From NCBI GenBank assembly GCA_963745235.1, contig CAVUXE010000099.1, positions 96,001-160,000 of the forward strand: a stretch of 64,000 nucleotides of DNA, given 5' to 3'. Both the position numbers and the translations under genes were made by a program. Below, piece after piece: positions 10,590-21,807 of the stretch (the stretch's first letter is position 1; every line of letters starts with the position of its first letter). The notes under the pieces were generated by a model that saw only the letters and a program-made list of their open reading frames with translations, did no database searches and was not told the DNA's origin. The stretch comes from an uncultured Spirochaetota bacterium (GTDB taxonomy: Bacteria; Spirochaetota; Spirochaetia; SZUA-6; Fen-1364).

Positions 10590-11369
10590 TTGATCTGGGG
10601 ATACTACCTCAAGCACGGACGCCAAATGCCCTGGCGGCAGACGCGGATTCCCTACCGGGTGCTCGTCTCGGAGGTGATGCTCCAGCAGACCGGAGTGGGC
10701 CGCGTGATCCCCAAGTACCGGGAGTTCCTGCGCTCGTTCCCGAGCATGCGTTCCCTTGCCGAGTCCAGCGTGGAGGAGGTCCTGTCCGCCTGGAAGGGCC
10801 TGGGGTACAACCGGCGCGCCCTTTCCCTGCGAGAGGCTGCGCGAATCATCCGAGACGCGCACGGCGGCAGACTCCCCCGCACCGTGGATCAGCTGAGCGC
10901 GCTACCGGGCATCGGCCGCGCAACGGCATCGTCCATTCTCGTTTTCTCCTTCGACGTTCCCCTCGTGTTCATGGAGACGAACATCCGTCGCGTCTTCATC
11001 CACTTCTTTTTTCCGAAGGCGCGCAAGGTCACAGATGCGGAGATCCTTCCGCTCATCGAAAAGACCCTGGACAGGAAAAACCCGCGGGAGTGGTACTACG
11101 CGCTCATGGACTACGGAGCCCTTCTGCGTGGCGCAGTCCAGAACCCGAACCTGCGAAGCGCCTCCTACACGCGGCAAGCCCCTTTCGAGGGGTCTCTGCG
11201 GCAGCTGCGGGGGCGCGTGCTTGAGGCAATGCTTTCGCTTCGGGCGGCAGGGATGAAAGACATTGAGAAGGCGCTTCCCGAAAGCGATCCCCGGGTGCGC
11301 CGGGCGCTGGATCAGCTCGTCGCCGAGGGATTTCTGCGGGAGAAAAGCGGCCGCTATTTCTTCAGGTAG
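10590..11369 (+). CDS. mutY: A/G-specific adenine glycosylase, short form without the Fe-S cysteine motif
   Basis: PWR..PYRVLVSEVMLQQT, WKGLGYNRRA, LPGIGRATA (HhH) and ETNIRRV motifs. Exact start uncertain. Confidence 0.85.
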   Translation: MIWGYYLKHGRQMPWRQTRIPYRVLVSEVMLQQTGVGRVIPKYREFLRSFPSMRSLAESSVEEVLSAWKGLGYNRRALSLREAARIIRDAHGGRLPRTVDQLSALPGIGRATASSILVFSFDVPLVFMETNIRRVFIHFFFPKARKVTDAEILPLIEKTLDRKNPREWYYALMDYGALLRGAVQNPNLRSASYTRQAPFEGSLRQLRGRVLEAMLSLRAAGMKDIEKALPESDPRVRRALDQLVAEGFLREKSGRYFFR

Positions 11370-12440
11370 TCTTCCGCGTTGAACGGCGCGAGCAGGGGAG
11401 AAAGCGGAAGCTCGCTGTTGAGACGGAAAACGATCTCCGCGGCAAGAGACGTCGAAGGGATCACCTGGAGACAGGGCAGGGATTCCCGGATCTCGGGAGT
11501 GCAGGGGATGGTGTCTGTCACGAGGATGGACCCGACCAGTTTGTCATCGCAAAGCTCTTTCAGACGTTTCACGGCAGGAGACGAGAACACCGGGTGCACG
11601 ATTGCGATGTTCACGGATCCCGGCTGCATGGGGGCGAGCTCTCGCACCAGCTTGCACATGGAGTCCGCCGTGTCGATCATGTCGTCGATGATCCAGATGG
11701 TCTTTCCCTTGATCGGTTCCGCGGTCAGGATGGTTATCGATTCCACGGTATTGGCGGCGGAGTAGTCCCTCTGCTTGTGGGAGATCACGATTCCGGTCCC
11801 GAAAGACGCCGCAAACCTCTTGGACAACGCCTCGCCGCCGGCATCCACGGAGCAGAACAGCCACTCGTCGTGCACGACCGTGTGCAGGTTTTGCAGCGTC
11901 CCGATGACGTTGTCGCAGATGTAGCGTTCCAGGAGCGTCCGGCCGGGGATATCGTCCACGTCGCAGATCGCCGGGTCGATGAAAGTCTTGGACTTCTCCG
12001 AGTGGAGCTGAAACGTGACGTAGTGGTTGATGCCGAGGCTGAGCAGGACCTTGAAATGCAGCCACAGGCCGACGGAGTTTCTGCGGGTGAGCCTGTCGGA
12101 CCTCCCGGGGCTGCAGTACGGCTCGAACACGGTGATCCTGCCCGGCCTGCGCCCTGCGCAGCGCATCCACGGCGTGATAGGTTTCGATCTTGTTCTCTTC
12201 CGATGACAGGCCAAGCTCGTTGCGGGCCGCTCCGACGAAAAGGAACACATCACAGCCTCGGACAGAGGTGCCGACCTCGGCCTCCATTTCCCCGTCGGCA
12301 AACCGGGAGACCGAGAGATCACCGTGGATTTCCGCTTCCGTCCTTTCCTTGAAGCGCGGATAGGAAAGCAATCCGCGGGTGACCCGGCGGGCATATCCCG
12401 CCAGGGCCCGAGTTGAGAAGACCAGGAGCCGTCCGCGCAT
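11354..12440 (-). CDS. prs: Ribose-phosphate pyrophosphokinase family protein, indel near 12142
   Basis: N-terminal part FADGEMEAEVGTSVRGCDVFLF (ORF 11544-12440) joins C-terminal part with ITVFEPY..RSDR, LHS, DAGG and IIDDMIDT (ORF 11354-12394). Confidence 0.85.
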
Positions 12441-12446
12441 GGCTGG

Positions 12447-12475
12447 ACTCTACCAGAAAAGGCGGCCCCAGTCCA
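12447..12475 (-). promoter_or_regulatory. sigma70-type promoter of prs, probably leaderless
   Basis: TGGACT-17 bp-TAGAGT with a TG extension, 6 nt upstream of the ATG. Confidence 0.5.
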
Positions 12476-12505
12476 CGCGAGCGCGCCGTCGTGTGCGCCG
12501 GCGTT

Positions 12506-13195
12506 CTAACGAGGACGGGAGGCCAGAAGCAGTGATGCCTGGCGCGCCTTCTGGACCACGGCCTGGTCACGGGAAAAGCGGGAAATTGAAAGACAGGGTT
12601 CCATGAAGTCGGCGTTCCCGATTTCCTGCACTACGTCGAGGTAGTCGAGGGCAAGGCCCGTGTCCGAGGGGGACAGTATTCCGCCGGTCTGCCGCAGGTG
12701 GTCGAGAATCCCGGCCCCGACTTTCATCAGGGCGGAGAGCCGGTCCGGCTCCCCGAGGCGCGGCAGCAACCGGACGATGAGCCCCCTGAGCTGGGGATCA
12801 CGGAAACCGTCGATCCCACGAACAAGGTCGCTCACGACGGCAGCGTTCGCATCCAGCCGACCCCGCAGCTGCTGGTCACCTTGAGCGGGGTCAAACAGCG
12901 ACGCCAGGGCCAGGCGGATGAGGTGCTCTGTCTTGTACTCACCGGTTCTGGAAAAGCCGGCAAGAAGCCACGAAAGGATGTCGGCAGCGTAAGGATCACT
13001 TCGAGACCCGATGGCCAGGCATATCTCCGAGCTTGTCTGGAAGTCGGCGTCCTTGAGAATGTCCAGGATCAGGCCGTCATCCGCGCGATTGCTCGCTGCC
13101 ACGAATGTGCTCCAGTCAGCGGCATACGCCGCGGCGGCGCACGCGGCGGCCGCGCAGGCACCGAGGAATGCGAGGAGGATCGTTCTACTGGACAT
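12506..13195 (-). CDS. Exported helical-repeat hypothetical protein
   Basis: Ala-rich signal peptide from ATG 13195; HEAT-like end (SRDQAVVQKARQA). Confidence 0.65.
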   Translation of the reverse strand: MSSRTILLAFLGACAAAACAAAAYAADWSTFVAASNRADDGLILDILKDADFQTSSEICLAIGSRSDPYAADILSWLLAGFSRTGEYKTEHLIRLALASLFDPAQGDQQLRGRLDANAAVVSDLVRGIDGFRDPQLRGLIVRLLPRLGEPDRLSALMKVGAGILDHLRQTGGILSPSDTGLALDYLDVVQEIGNADFMEPCLSISRFSRDQAVVQKARQASLLLASRPR

Positions 13196-13308
13196 ACCCG
13201 GGCTTCCGGTTATACTTATCGGCACCAGAAGACGCAATCGCCGTGGTGTTTCCCGCGTATTGAAGGTGAGAAAGCGCCCCCAGGCGCGAAAAGCGAGGCA
13301 TAGAACGG

Positions 13309-14508
13309 ATGGCTAAAAAGGAAGTCCCCGCCCCTGAGAAGAAGTCAGCCGCGCAGGAGGAGAAGATCAAGGCCCTCGACGCGGCGCGGCTGCAGATCGA
13401 GAAGCAGTTCGGCAAGGGATCCCTCATGAAGCTTGGGGAGAACGCCGGTCATAACGAGGTGGATATCATTCCTTCGGGCTCCATCCTTCTTGATGCCGCC
13501 CTGGGAGTGGGCGGATACCCGCGGGGAAGGGTGATAGAGATCTACGGCCCTGAATCATCGGGGAAGACAACCCTCGCCCTCCACGCCATTGCGGAATCCC
13601 AGAAGCTCGGAGGCATCGCTGCATTCGTCGACGCGGAGCATGCGCTGGACCCCGTCTATGCAAAGAACCTCGGCGTGAACGTGGACGAGCTGTGGGTCTC
13701 ACAGCCGGACACGGGTGAGCAGGCCCTTGAGATCGTCGAGTCCCTGGTTCGTTCGGGCGCCATGGACATCATCGTGGTGGACTCGGTGGCCGCCCTGACC
13801 CCCCGGGCGGAAATCGAGGGTGAGATGGGAGACTCCCACATGGGTCTCCAGGCCAGGCTGATGAGCCAGGCGCTGCGTAAGCTGACGGGCATCATCTCCA
13901 AGACGCGGACCTGCCTTATCTTCATCAACCAGATCCGGATGAAGATCGGGGTCATGTTCGGAAATCCAGAAACCACCACGGGCGGCTTTGCCTTGAAGTT
14001 CTATTCCACCATCCGCCTGGAAGTGCGGAAAGTCGAAAGCATCGCCCACGGTACTGATGAAGTCGTTGGAAACAAGGTGCGCGTCAAGGTGGTCAAGAAC
14101 AAGATAGCGCCTCCCTTCCGCAAGGCAGAGATGGACATCATGTTCGGGAAGGGAATCTCCGCGGTCGGCAGCCTCCTGGAGGCGGCCCTCCAGAACAACC
14201 TCGTGGAGAAAGCGGGAAGCTGGTATTCCTACGGCAAGGAGCGCATCGGCCAGGGGGTGGAAAACGCCCGCCTGTTCCTGGAGTCAAACCCCGCGGTGTA
14301 CGCGGAGCTGGAAAAGAAAGTGCGGGGAGCGCTCTTTCCCCAGAAAGGGCAAGGCGCCGGCCAGGATGCAAAGCCAACAGCGACCGCGGAGCCGGCCGCC
14401 AGGCCCGCTCCCGCACCAGCCCGTCCCAGAACCGAGCCGCCGCAAGCGACTGAGGGAGAAGAGCCTGTCGGGGAGGACCGCGCAGACTCGGACAAAGAGC
14501 TTTTCTGA
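13309..14508 (+). CDS. recA: Recombinase RecA with a Pro/acidic C-terminal extension
   Basis: GPESSGKTT Walker [16 protein letters not shown] and FINQIR motifs. Confidence 0.99.
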   Translation: MAKKEVPAPEKKSAAQEEKIKALDAARLQIEKQFGKGSLMKLGENAGHNEVDIIPSGSILLDAALGVGGYPRGRVIEIYGPESSGKTTLALHAIAESQKLGGIAAFVDAEHALDPVYAKNLGVNVDELWVSQPDTGEQALEIVESLVRSGAMDIIVVDSVAALTPRAEIEGEMGDSHMGLQARLMSQALRKLTGIISKTRTCLIFINQIRMKIGVMFGNPETTTGGFALKFYSTIRLEVRKVESIAHGTDEVVGNKVRVKVVKNKIAPPFRKAEMDIMFGKGISAVGSLLEAALQNNLVEKAGSWYSYGKERIGQGVENARLFLESNPAVYAELEKKVRGALFPQKGQGAGQDAKPTATAEPAARPAPAPARPRTEPPQATEGEEPVGEDRADSDKELF

Positions 14509-14510
14509 GA

Positions 14511-14999
14511 GTGGCGCACACCTACTACATCGCCCTCGGCTCCAACGTCGGTGACAGGGAGCGGAACCTTCGTCGGGCATGGGACCAGATGCAGGCCCAG
14601 GGAAAAGAGGGCAAGCTGTCCAGCCTGTACGAGTCAGAGCCCATGTATGTCACAAGCCAGCCCCTTTTCCTGAATGCGGCGGGAAGATTGAGCTCGAACC
14701 TTACACCGAAAGACATGCTGGCCGCCATTCACAAGATAGAGAAGGACCTGGGACGGGACAGAAGCCTGGAGGTTCGGATGGGGCCCCGCACCGTGGACCT
14801 GGACATTCTTCTTTGTGACGACCTTGTGATGGAGGAGCCGGACCTCATCATTCCCCACCCGCGAATGTCCGAAAGGGGCTTTGTCCTTGTGCCCCTCCGG
14901 GAGCTCGCCCCCCAGCTGCGTGATCCCCGAACCGGCCTCCTGTACGCGGAGCTCCCGGCCGCCAGCGGTCAGGGTGTTTACTCTTATCCCCGCCGGTAG
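14511..14999 (+). CDS. folK: 2-amino-4-hydroxy-6-hydroxymethyldihydropteridine diphosphokinase
   Basis: YIALGSNVGDR, FLNAA, GPRTVDLDILL and IPHPRM.ERGFVL motifs. Confidence 0.95.
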   Translation: MAHTYYIALGSNVGDRERNLRRAWDQMQAQGKEGKLSSLYESEPMYVTSQPLFLNAAGRLSSNLTPKDMLAAIHKIEKDLGRDRSLEVRMGPRTVDLDILLCDDLVMEEPDLIIPHPRMSERGFVLVPLRELAPQLRDPRTGLLYAELPAASGQGVYSYPRR

Positions 15000-15005
15000 T
15001 ATAAT
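14977..15005 (+). promoter_or_regulatory. sigma70 promoter for scpA-scpB-rluB-cmk-rpsA
   Basis: TTTACT (14977-82), 17 bp, TATAAT (15000-05) at the folK 3' end. Confidence 0.6.
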
Positions 15006-15084
15006 TTCGTGTCGATACAGAACAGTGCCAACGATACCACCCCTCAACGACACCCAAACCGACGGGAGCCTCGTCACTGAACCC

Positions 15085-15852
15085 ATGTCCGACTCCAGCG
15101 TGAGCCAGAAGCAGCATTTTCACCTCGGAGACTTCGATGGGCCGCTCGATCTCCTGCTCTTTCTCATCCGAAAATCCGAGGTCAACATCTACGACATTCC
15201 CATCGCGTCCATCACTGAGCAGTACCTGGGGTACCTGAACTTCGCCACACGGGTGGACCTGGACACCATGACGGAGTTCTACCTGATGGCGGCAACCCTC
15301 CTGTACATCAAGAGCAAGATGCTTCTTCCCGTGGAGCTGAACCTGGATGACGAGCTGGAGGACCCCCGGCGGGACCTCGTGGAAAAGCTCATCGAGTACC
15401 AGAAGTTTCGCAAGCTCTCCGACCTGATGGCCCAGAGGGAAGGGGAGGTCGAGTGGATCATCGAGCGAACCCGCAGCCAGCGGATTCTTCCCTTTTCCGA
15501 CGAGGGAATCTGGGAGCAGGTAAGCGTCTGGGACCTCCTGCAGACTTTCTCATCGCTTTTGACCACCCTGTCCTCGGAAAGGATCATCGACCTCTACGAG
15601 GAGGTCAGCGTCAACGAAAAGATCACGTTGATCTCCGAGCTCCTGGAGGAGAAGGAAGAGTTCCTCTTCACGGAGCTGGTGAAGCGCCGCAGCATCCTGG
15701 AGATCGTCTGCGCGTTCTGGGCGGTGCTGGAGCTGGTCAAGGAGAGGCGCATCACGGTAATGCAGAACAGGCTTTTTGGAGACATCAGGGTCCGGGCGCG
15801 CACGGTGGAACCATTGGCGGCGGAGGGAGCAGGCGGGAATGGAGCTGAGTAA
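15085..15852 (+). CDS. scpA: Segregation and condensation protein A
   Basis: FDGPLDLLLFLIRK..IYDIPIA.IT.QYL, MAATLLYIKSKMLLP and FWAVLELVK motifs. Alternative GTG start at 15025. Confidence 0.93.
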   Translation: MSDSSVSQKQHFHLGDFDGPLDLLLFLIRKSEVNIYDIPIASITEQYLGYLNFATRVDLDTMTEFYLMAATLLYIKSKMLLPVELNLDDELEDPRRDLVEKLIEYQKFRKLSDLMAQREGEVEWIIERTRSQRILPFSDEGIWEQVSVWDLLQTFSSLLTTLSSERIIDLYEEVSVNEKITLISELLEEKEEFLFTELVKRRSILEIVCAFWAVLELVKERRITVMQNRLFGDIRVRARTVEPLAAEGAGGNGAE

Positions 15853-16375
15853 AGACGCGGCGCTCATCGAAGCCATTCTCCTCCTGGAAAGCGATCCCGT
15901 GGAGCCGCGCAGGCTGTCTTCCATCAGCGGGCTCTCCGCGGAGGCCACGCAGGAAGCCATCGAGCAGCTTCGGCAGGGGCTGGAGGCGGACGGCCACGGG
16001 CTGGAGATCGTGGAGATCGGAGGAGGGCTGGCGTTCGCACCGCGCAAGGCCTACTGGGAAAAACTGCGCGAGCGCTACGGCAAGACCGCTGAGAATCACC
16101 TCTCGAAGGCGGCCCTGGAGACCCTCGCAATCGTCGCATACTCCCAGCCCATCACGCGCGGGGAGATTGAAAGCATACGCGGAGTGGCCGCTGATGGAAT
16201 GATCAAGCTTCTCATGAGCAGGAACTTCATCCGGGAAGTCGGCAAGAAGGACGCTCCTGGAAAACCGGTGCAGTACGGCACAACCAGGGAGTTTCTCAAG
16301 GCATTCCGGCTCAGCACCATCTCTGACCTTCCGAAGCTCGACGGGCTTGAAAGGGAGCGCTTTGAGCAGGAATAG
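15839..16375 (+). CDS. scpB: Segregation and condensation protein B
   Basis: LSKAALETLAIVAYSQPITRGEIESIRGV and PGKPVQYGTT.EFL motifs. Confidence 0.95.
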   Translation: MELSKDAALIEAILLLESDPVEPRRLSSISGLSAEATQEAIEQLRQGLEADGHGLEIVEIGGGLAFAPRKAYWEKLRERYGKTAENHLSKAALETLAIVAYSQPITRGEIESIRGVAADGMIKLLMSRNFIREVGKKDAPGKPVQYGTTREFLKAFRLSTISDLPKLDGLERERFEQE

Positions 16376-17136
16376 CGCCGAGCCCCGCAAGAGCACCGGC
16401 CCGCAGAACATTCCACCCAAGGACGCAATCCGCCTCCAGGTCTTCCTTGCGCGCTGCGGCCTGGGCTCCCGCCGCAACTGCGAGACTTTCATCAGCCATG
16501 GCCGGGTCACCGTCAACGGCGTGCCCGTGACGCAGCTGGGAACAAAAGTGGCCCTCACGGACTCGGTAACGCTGGACGGTCGCGCGGTGGTCCCCTCAGC
16601 CCGCAAGATATACATCGCGGTGCACAAGCCTCGGGAATACCTGTGCGCCAACAGCGATCCGGAGCGAAGACCTCTTGTCAGCGAGCTGTTCTCCTCCGCA
16701 ATTCGCGGCCGCCTCTTTCACGTCGGGAGGCTGGACTTCCTGTCAACGGGCCTCATCCTCTACACCAACGACGGAGAGTTCGCCAAGCTCGTGACCCATC
16801 CCGGGTCGGGGATCGAGAAGGAATACCTGGTGGAGACGGGCAGGGCCATCGATGACGAGTTTCTCCGCAGGTACTCCAAGGGAATCCGCGTCGGTGAGCA
16901 GCTCTACAGGTGCAAGAGCGTACACGCTTCGAGGCCCGCACTCCGCGCTGATCACCCTGACGGAAGGAAAAAACCGTGAAATCAGAAACGTCTTCACGAG
17001 CCGGAATATCCGGCTCAAGAGGGTGCATCGGCTCCGTGTGGGCCCCATAACGCTGAAAGGGATTCCGACCGGCCACTTTCGCAGGCTGACCGAACGGGAG
17101 ATCAGGTGGTTTTTCGACCATGGTAGCGGCGATTGA
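16362..17136 (+). CDS. rluB: RsuA-family rRNA pseudouridine synthase (RluB-like), +1 indel near 16920
   Basis: S4 domain RLQVFLARCGLGSRR and catalytic VGRLD; continues in the other frame as LTEGKNREIR. Confidence 0.85.
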
Positions 17137-17785
17137 CGGTCCGGCGGGAGTCGGGAAGAGCACGGTTGCCAGGAGGAGCGCGGAAGCAGCGGGGCTTCTG
17201 TACGTAAACTCGGGCAGCTTCTACCGCGCAATTACCTTCGCGGTCCTGGAGGCGGGAGAGCCCCCGCAGGACAACGACCGGGTGCTCGCGGTGGCGCGCG
17301 CAAGCCGTCTCGAGATGCGCGGATCCTGCCTGACTTTGAACGGCCGTCCCATTGAGGACCTCCTCCACACGGATGCCGTTGACGAATGGGTCGCGCTGCA
17401 CTCCGCGATTCCCGAGGTCAGAAAGATCGTGAACGAAAGACTCCGCCGCATCGCGGAGGGAAGAGACGTCCTGGTGGAGGGGAGGGACATCGGCACCGTG
17501 GTGTTCCCCCAGGCGGAGGTCAAGATCTTTCTGGATGCGGATGTCGCTACAAGGGCGGCGCGCAGGCACGCCCAGGGTGTGAGCCGGCTCCCCCTCCCGC
17601 AAGTGCAAAAGTCCATTGCCGCGCGTGACAGTGTTGACAGGAACAAGCCCACGGGAAGGCTCCAGGCAGCGCCGGATGCCATTCGCATCGACAGCTCTCA
17701 CTTGACCATAGATGAAGTTTGTGACAGAGTGATCGAAGCTATTCTCGTGAAACAAAATAACCCGGGAGACATACGCCGATTATGA
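17120..17785 (+). CDS. cmk: Cytidylate kinase
   Basis: IDGPAGVGKST and EGRDIGTVVFP.A.VKIFL motifs. Confidence 0.95.
   Translation: MVAAIDGPAGVGKSTVARRSAEAAGLLYVNSGSFYRAITFAVLEAGEPPQDNDRVLAVARASRLEMRGSCLTLNGRPIEDLLHTDAVDEWVALHSAIPEVRKIVNERLRRIAEGRDVLVEGRDIGTVVFPQAEVKIFLDADVATRAARRHAQGVSRLPLPQVQKSIAARDSVDRNKPTGRLQAAPDAIRIDSSHLTIDEVCDRVIEAILVKQNNPGDIRRL
17702..17730 (+). promoter_or_regulatory. Putative internal rpsA promoter within cmk
   Basis: TTGACC-17 bp-CAGAGT with a TG extension, about 50 nt upstream of the rpsA ATG. Confidence 0.4.
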
Positions 17786-19482
17786 GCACAGAAGACAAGA
17801 AGAAGCTCGCTCCGGAAGTCGAGACTCAGCTCCAGGAGCAGTACGTCCAGTCCCTTCAGCCCATCGAAGAGGGCCAGATGATACCCGGGCGGGTCATCGA
17901 AGTGGACGACGACTACGTCTATGTGGACGTGGGCTACAAGTCGGAAGGGAAGATTCCGGCGAACGAATTCGATGTCAAGCCGGCCATGGGAGAGACGGTC
18001 TACGTCATCCTGGTCCGCAAAGAGGGCCGTGAAGGCCAGGTCATCGTTTCCAAGCGCAAGGCTGATGAGAAGATATTCTGGAAAGACCTCCGGATCGCTT
18101 TCGACGACCACAAGCCCGTCCAGGGCACCATCGTTCACAAGATCAAGGGCGGCTACGAAGTCGACCTCGGAAACGACATCAGGGCGTTCCTCCCGCTGTC
18201 CAAGGTGGACGTGAAGCGTCCCAGCGAGAACTCTGACTATGTCGGTGTGAAGTCCTCTTTCTACATCGACCGCCTGTACGCAAAGGGCAAGACCAACATC
18301 GTTGTCTCCCGCCGGGACTGGATGGAAGAGGATATCCGCAAGCGCCGGGATGAGTTCTTCGGCCAGGTGAAGATCGGAGACGTGGTGGAAGGCGTGGTGA
18401 AGAGCTTCACCTCCTTTGGCGCCTTCGTGGACCTGGGAGGATTCGACGGCCTCCTGCACATCAACGACATGAGCTGGGGCCATGTCACCCGGCCCAAGGA
18501 CTTCGTGAAGCTGGGTGAAACCATTCAGCTCAAGGTGATCCGCCTGGAGCCGGAGGAAGGCCGCATCAACCTCAGCCTGAAGCATTTCACGGAGGACCCC
18601 TGGAACCACTTCGAGGAGAAGTATCACATCGGGGACGTCGTGAAGGGGAAGGTCACCAAGCTGGCGGATTTCGGGGCATTCATCGAGATAGAGGAAGGCA
18701 TCGAAGGCCTTGCCCACATCTCCGAGCTGTCATGGGTGCGGAAGGTGAAGCATCCCCGGGAGGTCCTCAAGGTTGGTGACGTGGTGGAGACCAAGATCCT
18801 CAACTACGACATCCAGCAGGGAAAGCTTTCCCTGGGCCTCAAGCAGGTGCTGCCCAATCCGTGGGACGACGTGGACCAGCGGTATCCCGTGGGCATGAGA
18901 CTGAACCGCAAGGTGGTGCGCGCCAGCCCCTACGCCCTGTTCTTCGAGATCGAGGAAGGGATTGACGGCGTCCTGCACGTGGACGACATGTCCTGGACCA
19001 AGAAGATCAGGAACGCTTCGTCGTTCGCAAAGGTGGACGATGAGGTGGACGTCATGGTGATCGGAATCGACAAGGAACGGGGCAAAGTGCAGCTGGGGGC
19101 CAAGCAGCTCTCCGAGGACCCCTGGGAGTCCATTGCCCGCGCCTACCCCCGGGGAAGCATCATCTCCGGTGAGATCACCAACATCACGGACTTCGGCTTC
19201 TTCGTGCGCGTGCAGGGCGGCATCGAAGGCCTCGTGCACAAGATGAACATCGTGGATGACCGGGTGGAGCCCATTGAAACGGCCATGGCGAAGTACAAGG
19301 TCGGTGACCAGGTCCAGGCCGTCGTGACGGAGGTGAGCCCGTCCAAGCAGAAGCTGTCCCTTTCCCTCAAGGATTACGTCAAGCGCGTGCAGCGGGAAGA
19401 AATGGACAAGTACATCCATGACGACTCGAAGCAGGAGACCGTCTCTCTCGGCGACATGCTCAAGGACAAGATAAAGGGCTAG
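17782..19482 (+). CDS. rpsA: 30S ribosomal protein S1
   Basis: Six S1 repeats (VDVGYKSEG; [16 protein letters not shown]; [19 protein letters not shown]). Confidence 0.98.
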   Translation: MSTEDKKKLAPEVETQLQEQYVQSLQPIEEGQMIPGRVIEVDDDYVYVDVGYKSEGKIPANEFDVKPAMGETVYVILVRKEGREGQVIVSKRKADEKIFWKDLRIAFDDHKPVQGTIVHKIKGGYEVDLGNDIRAFLPLSKVDVKRPSENSDYVGVKSSFYIDRLYAKGKTNIVVSRRDWMEEDIRKRRDEFFGQVKIGDVVEGVVKSFTSFGAFVDLGGFDGLLHINDMSWGHVTRPKDFVKLGETIQLKVIRLEPEEGRINLSLKHFTEDPWNHFEEKYHIGDVVKGKVTKLADFGAFIEIEEGIEGLAHISELSWVRKVKHPREVLKVGDVVETKILNYDIQQGKLSLGLKQVLPNPWDDVDQRYPVGMRLNRKVVRASPYALFFEIEEGIDGVLHVDDMSWTKKIRNASSFAKVDDEVDVMVIGIDKERGKVQLGAKQLSEDPWESIARAYPRGSIISGEITNITDFGFFVRVQGGIEGLVHKMNIVDDRVEPIETAMAKYKVGDQVQAVVTEVSPSKQKLSLSLKDYVKRVQREEMDKYIHDDSKQETVSLGDMLKDKIKG

Positions 19483-19494
19483 CCGGCGAGGGGG

Positions 19495-21015
19495 ATGTTG
19501 AGATTCACCGCGGACCGCGAGAAGCTTGATATTCTTTTCGACATCTACGCGAGGATAAACTCAAATTACGCAGACCTGAAGGCTCTCCTGACCCAGATCG
19601 TGGACTCCGCGACCGAGCTCACCGAAGGTGAAGCCTCCTCCCTCATGCTGCTCAACCCGGAGAACAACAAGCTCTACTTCGAGATCGCCCTCGGTCCGAA
19701 GGGACCATTTCTCAAGCACTACTCACTGAACATGGGTGAAGGGATCGCCGGCTGGGTGGCGCAGAAGAACACCTCTTTGATCGTGAACGACGTGACGCAG
19801 GACCCGCGGTTCTATCCTGAAATCGCCCAGAAGATCGGCTTTCCGGCCACCTCCATCCTTGCGGTGCCCATGAGGGTCAAGGACAGGCTGGTCGGGGTGG
19901 TGGAGATCATCAACAAGAGGGGCGGCAAGAGGTTCAGTGAAGAGGACCTGCAGTGGCTGGAGGCATTCTCCACGCAGGCCGCGCTTGCCATCCAGAACGC
20001 GCAGAGCTACCAGAAGGTAAAGAACGAGCTTTCCGTGCTTCAAGACAAGGTCAGCACAGACCAGGGGTATCACACCTTCATTGCTGAAAGCAGAGTCATC
20101 CGGGAGAAGCTGGACATTGCCCGCAAGGCGGCTGCAACGGATTCCTCGGTCCTTCTCCTCGGGGAAAGCGGAGTCGGCAAGGAGCTTTTCGCGGAGCAGA
20201 TCCACCTGAACAGCCCGCGCAAGGGCAGGCCGTTCATTCGCGTCAACTGCGCGGCAATTCCCGAGCCGCTCCTGGAGAGCGAGCTCTTTGGTCATGTAAA
20301 AGGGGCTTTCACGGACGCGGTGGCCGACCGGAGGGGCAGGTTCGAGCTGGCGGACGGAGGAACCATTTTCCTGGATGAGGTGGCGGACATGCCCCTCTCC
20401 CTCCAGGCAAAGCTCCTTCGCGTGATCCAGAACAAGACCTTCGAGAGAGTCGGGTCCAGCGAATCGATGCACGTGGACGTGCGAATCATCGCGGCAACCA
20501 ACCGGAACCTGGAGACCCAGGTGACGGAGAAGAAGTTCCGCGCGGATCTCTTCTATCGCCTGAACGTGCTCCCTATCCATATCCCGCCCCTGCGGGAGCG
20601 CAGGGAGGACATCCCCCACCTGGCGGACTTCTTTCTCCGAAAGCACTCGCGGGAGACCAAGAAGCAGATCCAGGGCTTTTCGGATACGGCCATGGAGGAG
20701 CTCCTGTCGTATTCCTGGCCGGGGAACGTGCGGGAGCTGGAGAACTCGATCGAAAGGGCCGTTGTGTTCTCCCGGGACGACATGATACGTCCTGAGTTCC
20801 TCATCCTGAACGGCGGTCCCATCCAGGACGGGGACTCGTACTCCCAGAAGACACTCCGGGAGGCATTGAACATCTTCAAGAAACACTTTATCACCAAGGC
20901 CTTGGAAGCGAACGGGTGGCACCAGACCCGCACGGCGCAGGCGCTGGATATCCAGAGAAGCTACCTGTCCAAGCTGGTGAGAGAGCTGAACATCATGAGA
21001 GAAAGAGGAGCGTAG
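19495..21015 (+). CDS. GAF-domain sigma54-dependent transcriptional activator (NifA/FhlA-type)
   Basis: GAF domain (GEGIAGWVA..SILAVPM), AAA+ GESGVGKE, ESELFGHVKGAFTDA and WPGNVRELEN, and a Fis-type HTH. Confidence 0.93.
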   Translation: MLRFTADREKLDILFDIYARINSNYADLKALLTQIVDSATELTEGEASSLMLLNPENNKLYFEIALGPKGPFLKHYSLNMGEGIAGWVAQKNTSLIVNDVTQDPRFYPEIAQKIGFPATSILAVPMRVKDRLVGVVEIINKRGGKRFSEEDLQWLEAFSTQAALAIQNAQSYQKVKNELSVLQDKVSTDQGYHTFIAESRVIREKLDIARKAAATDSSVLLLGESGVGKELFAEQIHLNSPRKGRPFIRVNCAAIPEPLLESELFGHVKGAFTDAVADRRGRFELADGGTIFLDEVADMPLSLQAKLLRVIQNKTFERVGSSESMHVDVRIIAATNRNLETQVTEKKFRADLFYRLNVLPIHIPPLRERREDIPHLADFFLRKHSRETKKQIQGFSDTAMEELLSYSWPGNVRELENSIERAVVFSRDDMIRPEFLILNGGPIQDGDSYSQKTLREALNIFKKHFITKALEANGWHQTRTAQALDIQRSYLSKLVRELNIMRERGA

Positions 21016-21020
21016 AGCGA

Positions 21021-21746
21021 ATGCAGCCAGTGCAGCAGGCGCCTGACAGGCGCCAGGGAGCGACAGACCAGCCCATACGACATCGAATCAGGAACTTTCT
21101 TGCGGCAACCGTCAGCAGGTTCCGTATCATCCTGCTCGCGATCCTTATCGCGGCCGCCGTCTTCCTGGTGGCGTACTTCATCTACACGGAGATCTCCCGG
21201 AAGCTTACCAACGACTCCACGGTCCTTGCTGAAAGCGCCCAGGACCTCTATGACAAGTGGCAGGGTGAGTCTGACATCGCGAAGAAGGGCGCCCTGGAGA
21301 AGCAGCTGACGGACCAGCTGGGCGTCCTCACCACCCGCTACGCGCGGCAGTACGGCGGAGAGCGCGGCTTCTTCATCCGCGCCAACCTGTCCTACCAGAA
21401 GAAAGCGTGGGATGACGCAGCGAAGGATTACCAGGCACTGGCGGCGCGGTTTCCGAACAGCTACCTCGCCCCCATCTCGCTCTTTGACGCGGGAGTGTGC
21501 CTGGAGGAGAAGGGTGATTCAGATGGAGCGCTGAAGCTGTACACCCGGGTCTCCCAGGCCTACCAGGATTCACCGGTTGCCCCTCGCGCCATGTTCGACA
21601 CGGCGCGCCTCGACGAGCAGAAAGAGTCCTTCGATGACGCGCACAAGATGTATGACCAGATCGACACCCTGTTTCCGTCCAGCACCTGGGACAAGCTTGC
21701 CAAGAACAGGCTGATCGAGCTGCGGGTGCTGGGGAAGATAAAGTAG
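21021..21746 (+). CDS. Single-TM TPR protein (YfgM-like)
   Basis: N-terminal TM then TPRs (FPNSYLAPISLFDAGVCLEE; YQDSPVAPRAMF). Confidence 0.8.
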   Translation: MQPVQQAPDRRQGATDQPIRHRIRNFLAATVSRFRIILLAILIAAAVFLVAYFIYTEISRKLTNDSTVLAESAQDLYDKWQGESDIAKKGALEKQLTDQLGVLTTRYARQYGGERGFFIRANLSYQKKAWDDAAKDYQALAARFPNSYLAPISLFDAGVCLEEKGDSDGALKLYTRVSQAYQDSPVAPRAMFDTARLDEQKESFDDAHKMYDQIDTLFPSSTWDKLAKNRLIELRVLGKIK

Positions 21747-21807
21747 AAAAGGCACGGGACAACGGCGGAGGCGCAGTCGGGGGACGCGCCATGAGGAGGG
21801 TGCTCGC

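Noticed and set aside
13240-13308. SOS/LexA box upstream of recA
   Set aside because: No recognisable palindromic LexA motif.
16900-16930. Programmed ribosomal frameshifting in rluB, prs or others
   Set aside because: No slippery heptamers or stimulatory structures were seen at the shift sites; sequencing error is simpler.
21747-21807. sigma54 -24/-12 promoter near the activator gene
   Set aside because: GGCACG is present but there is no TTGC at the required spacing; none was found in the other intergenic regions inspected.
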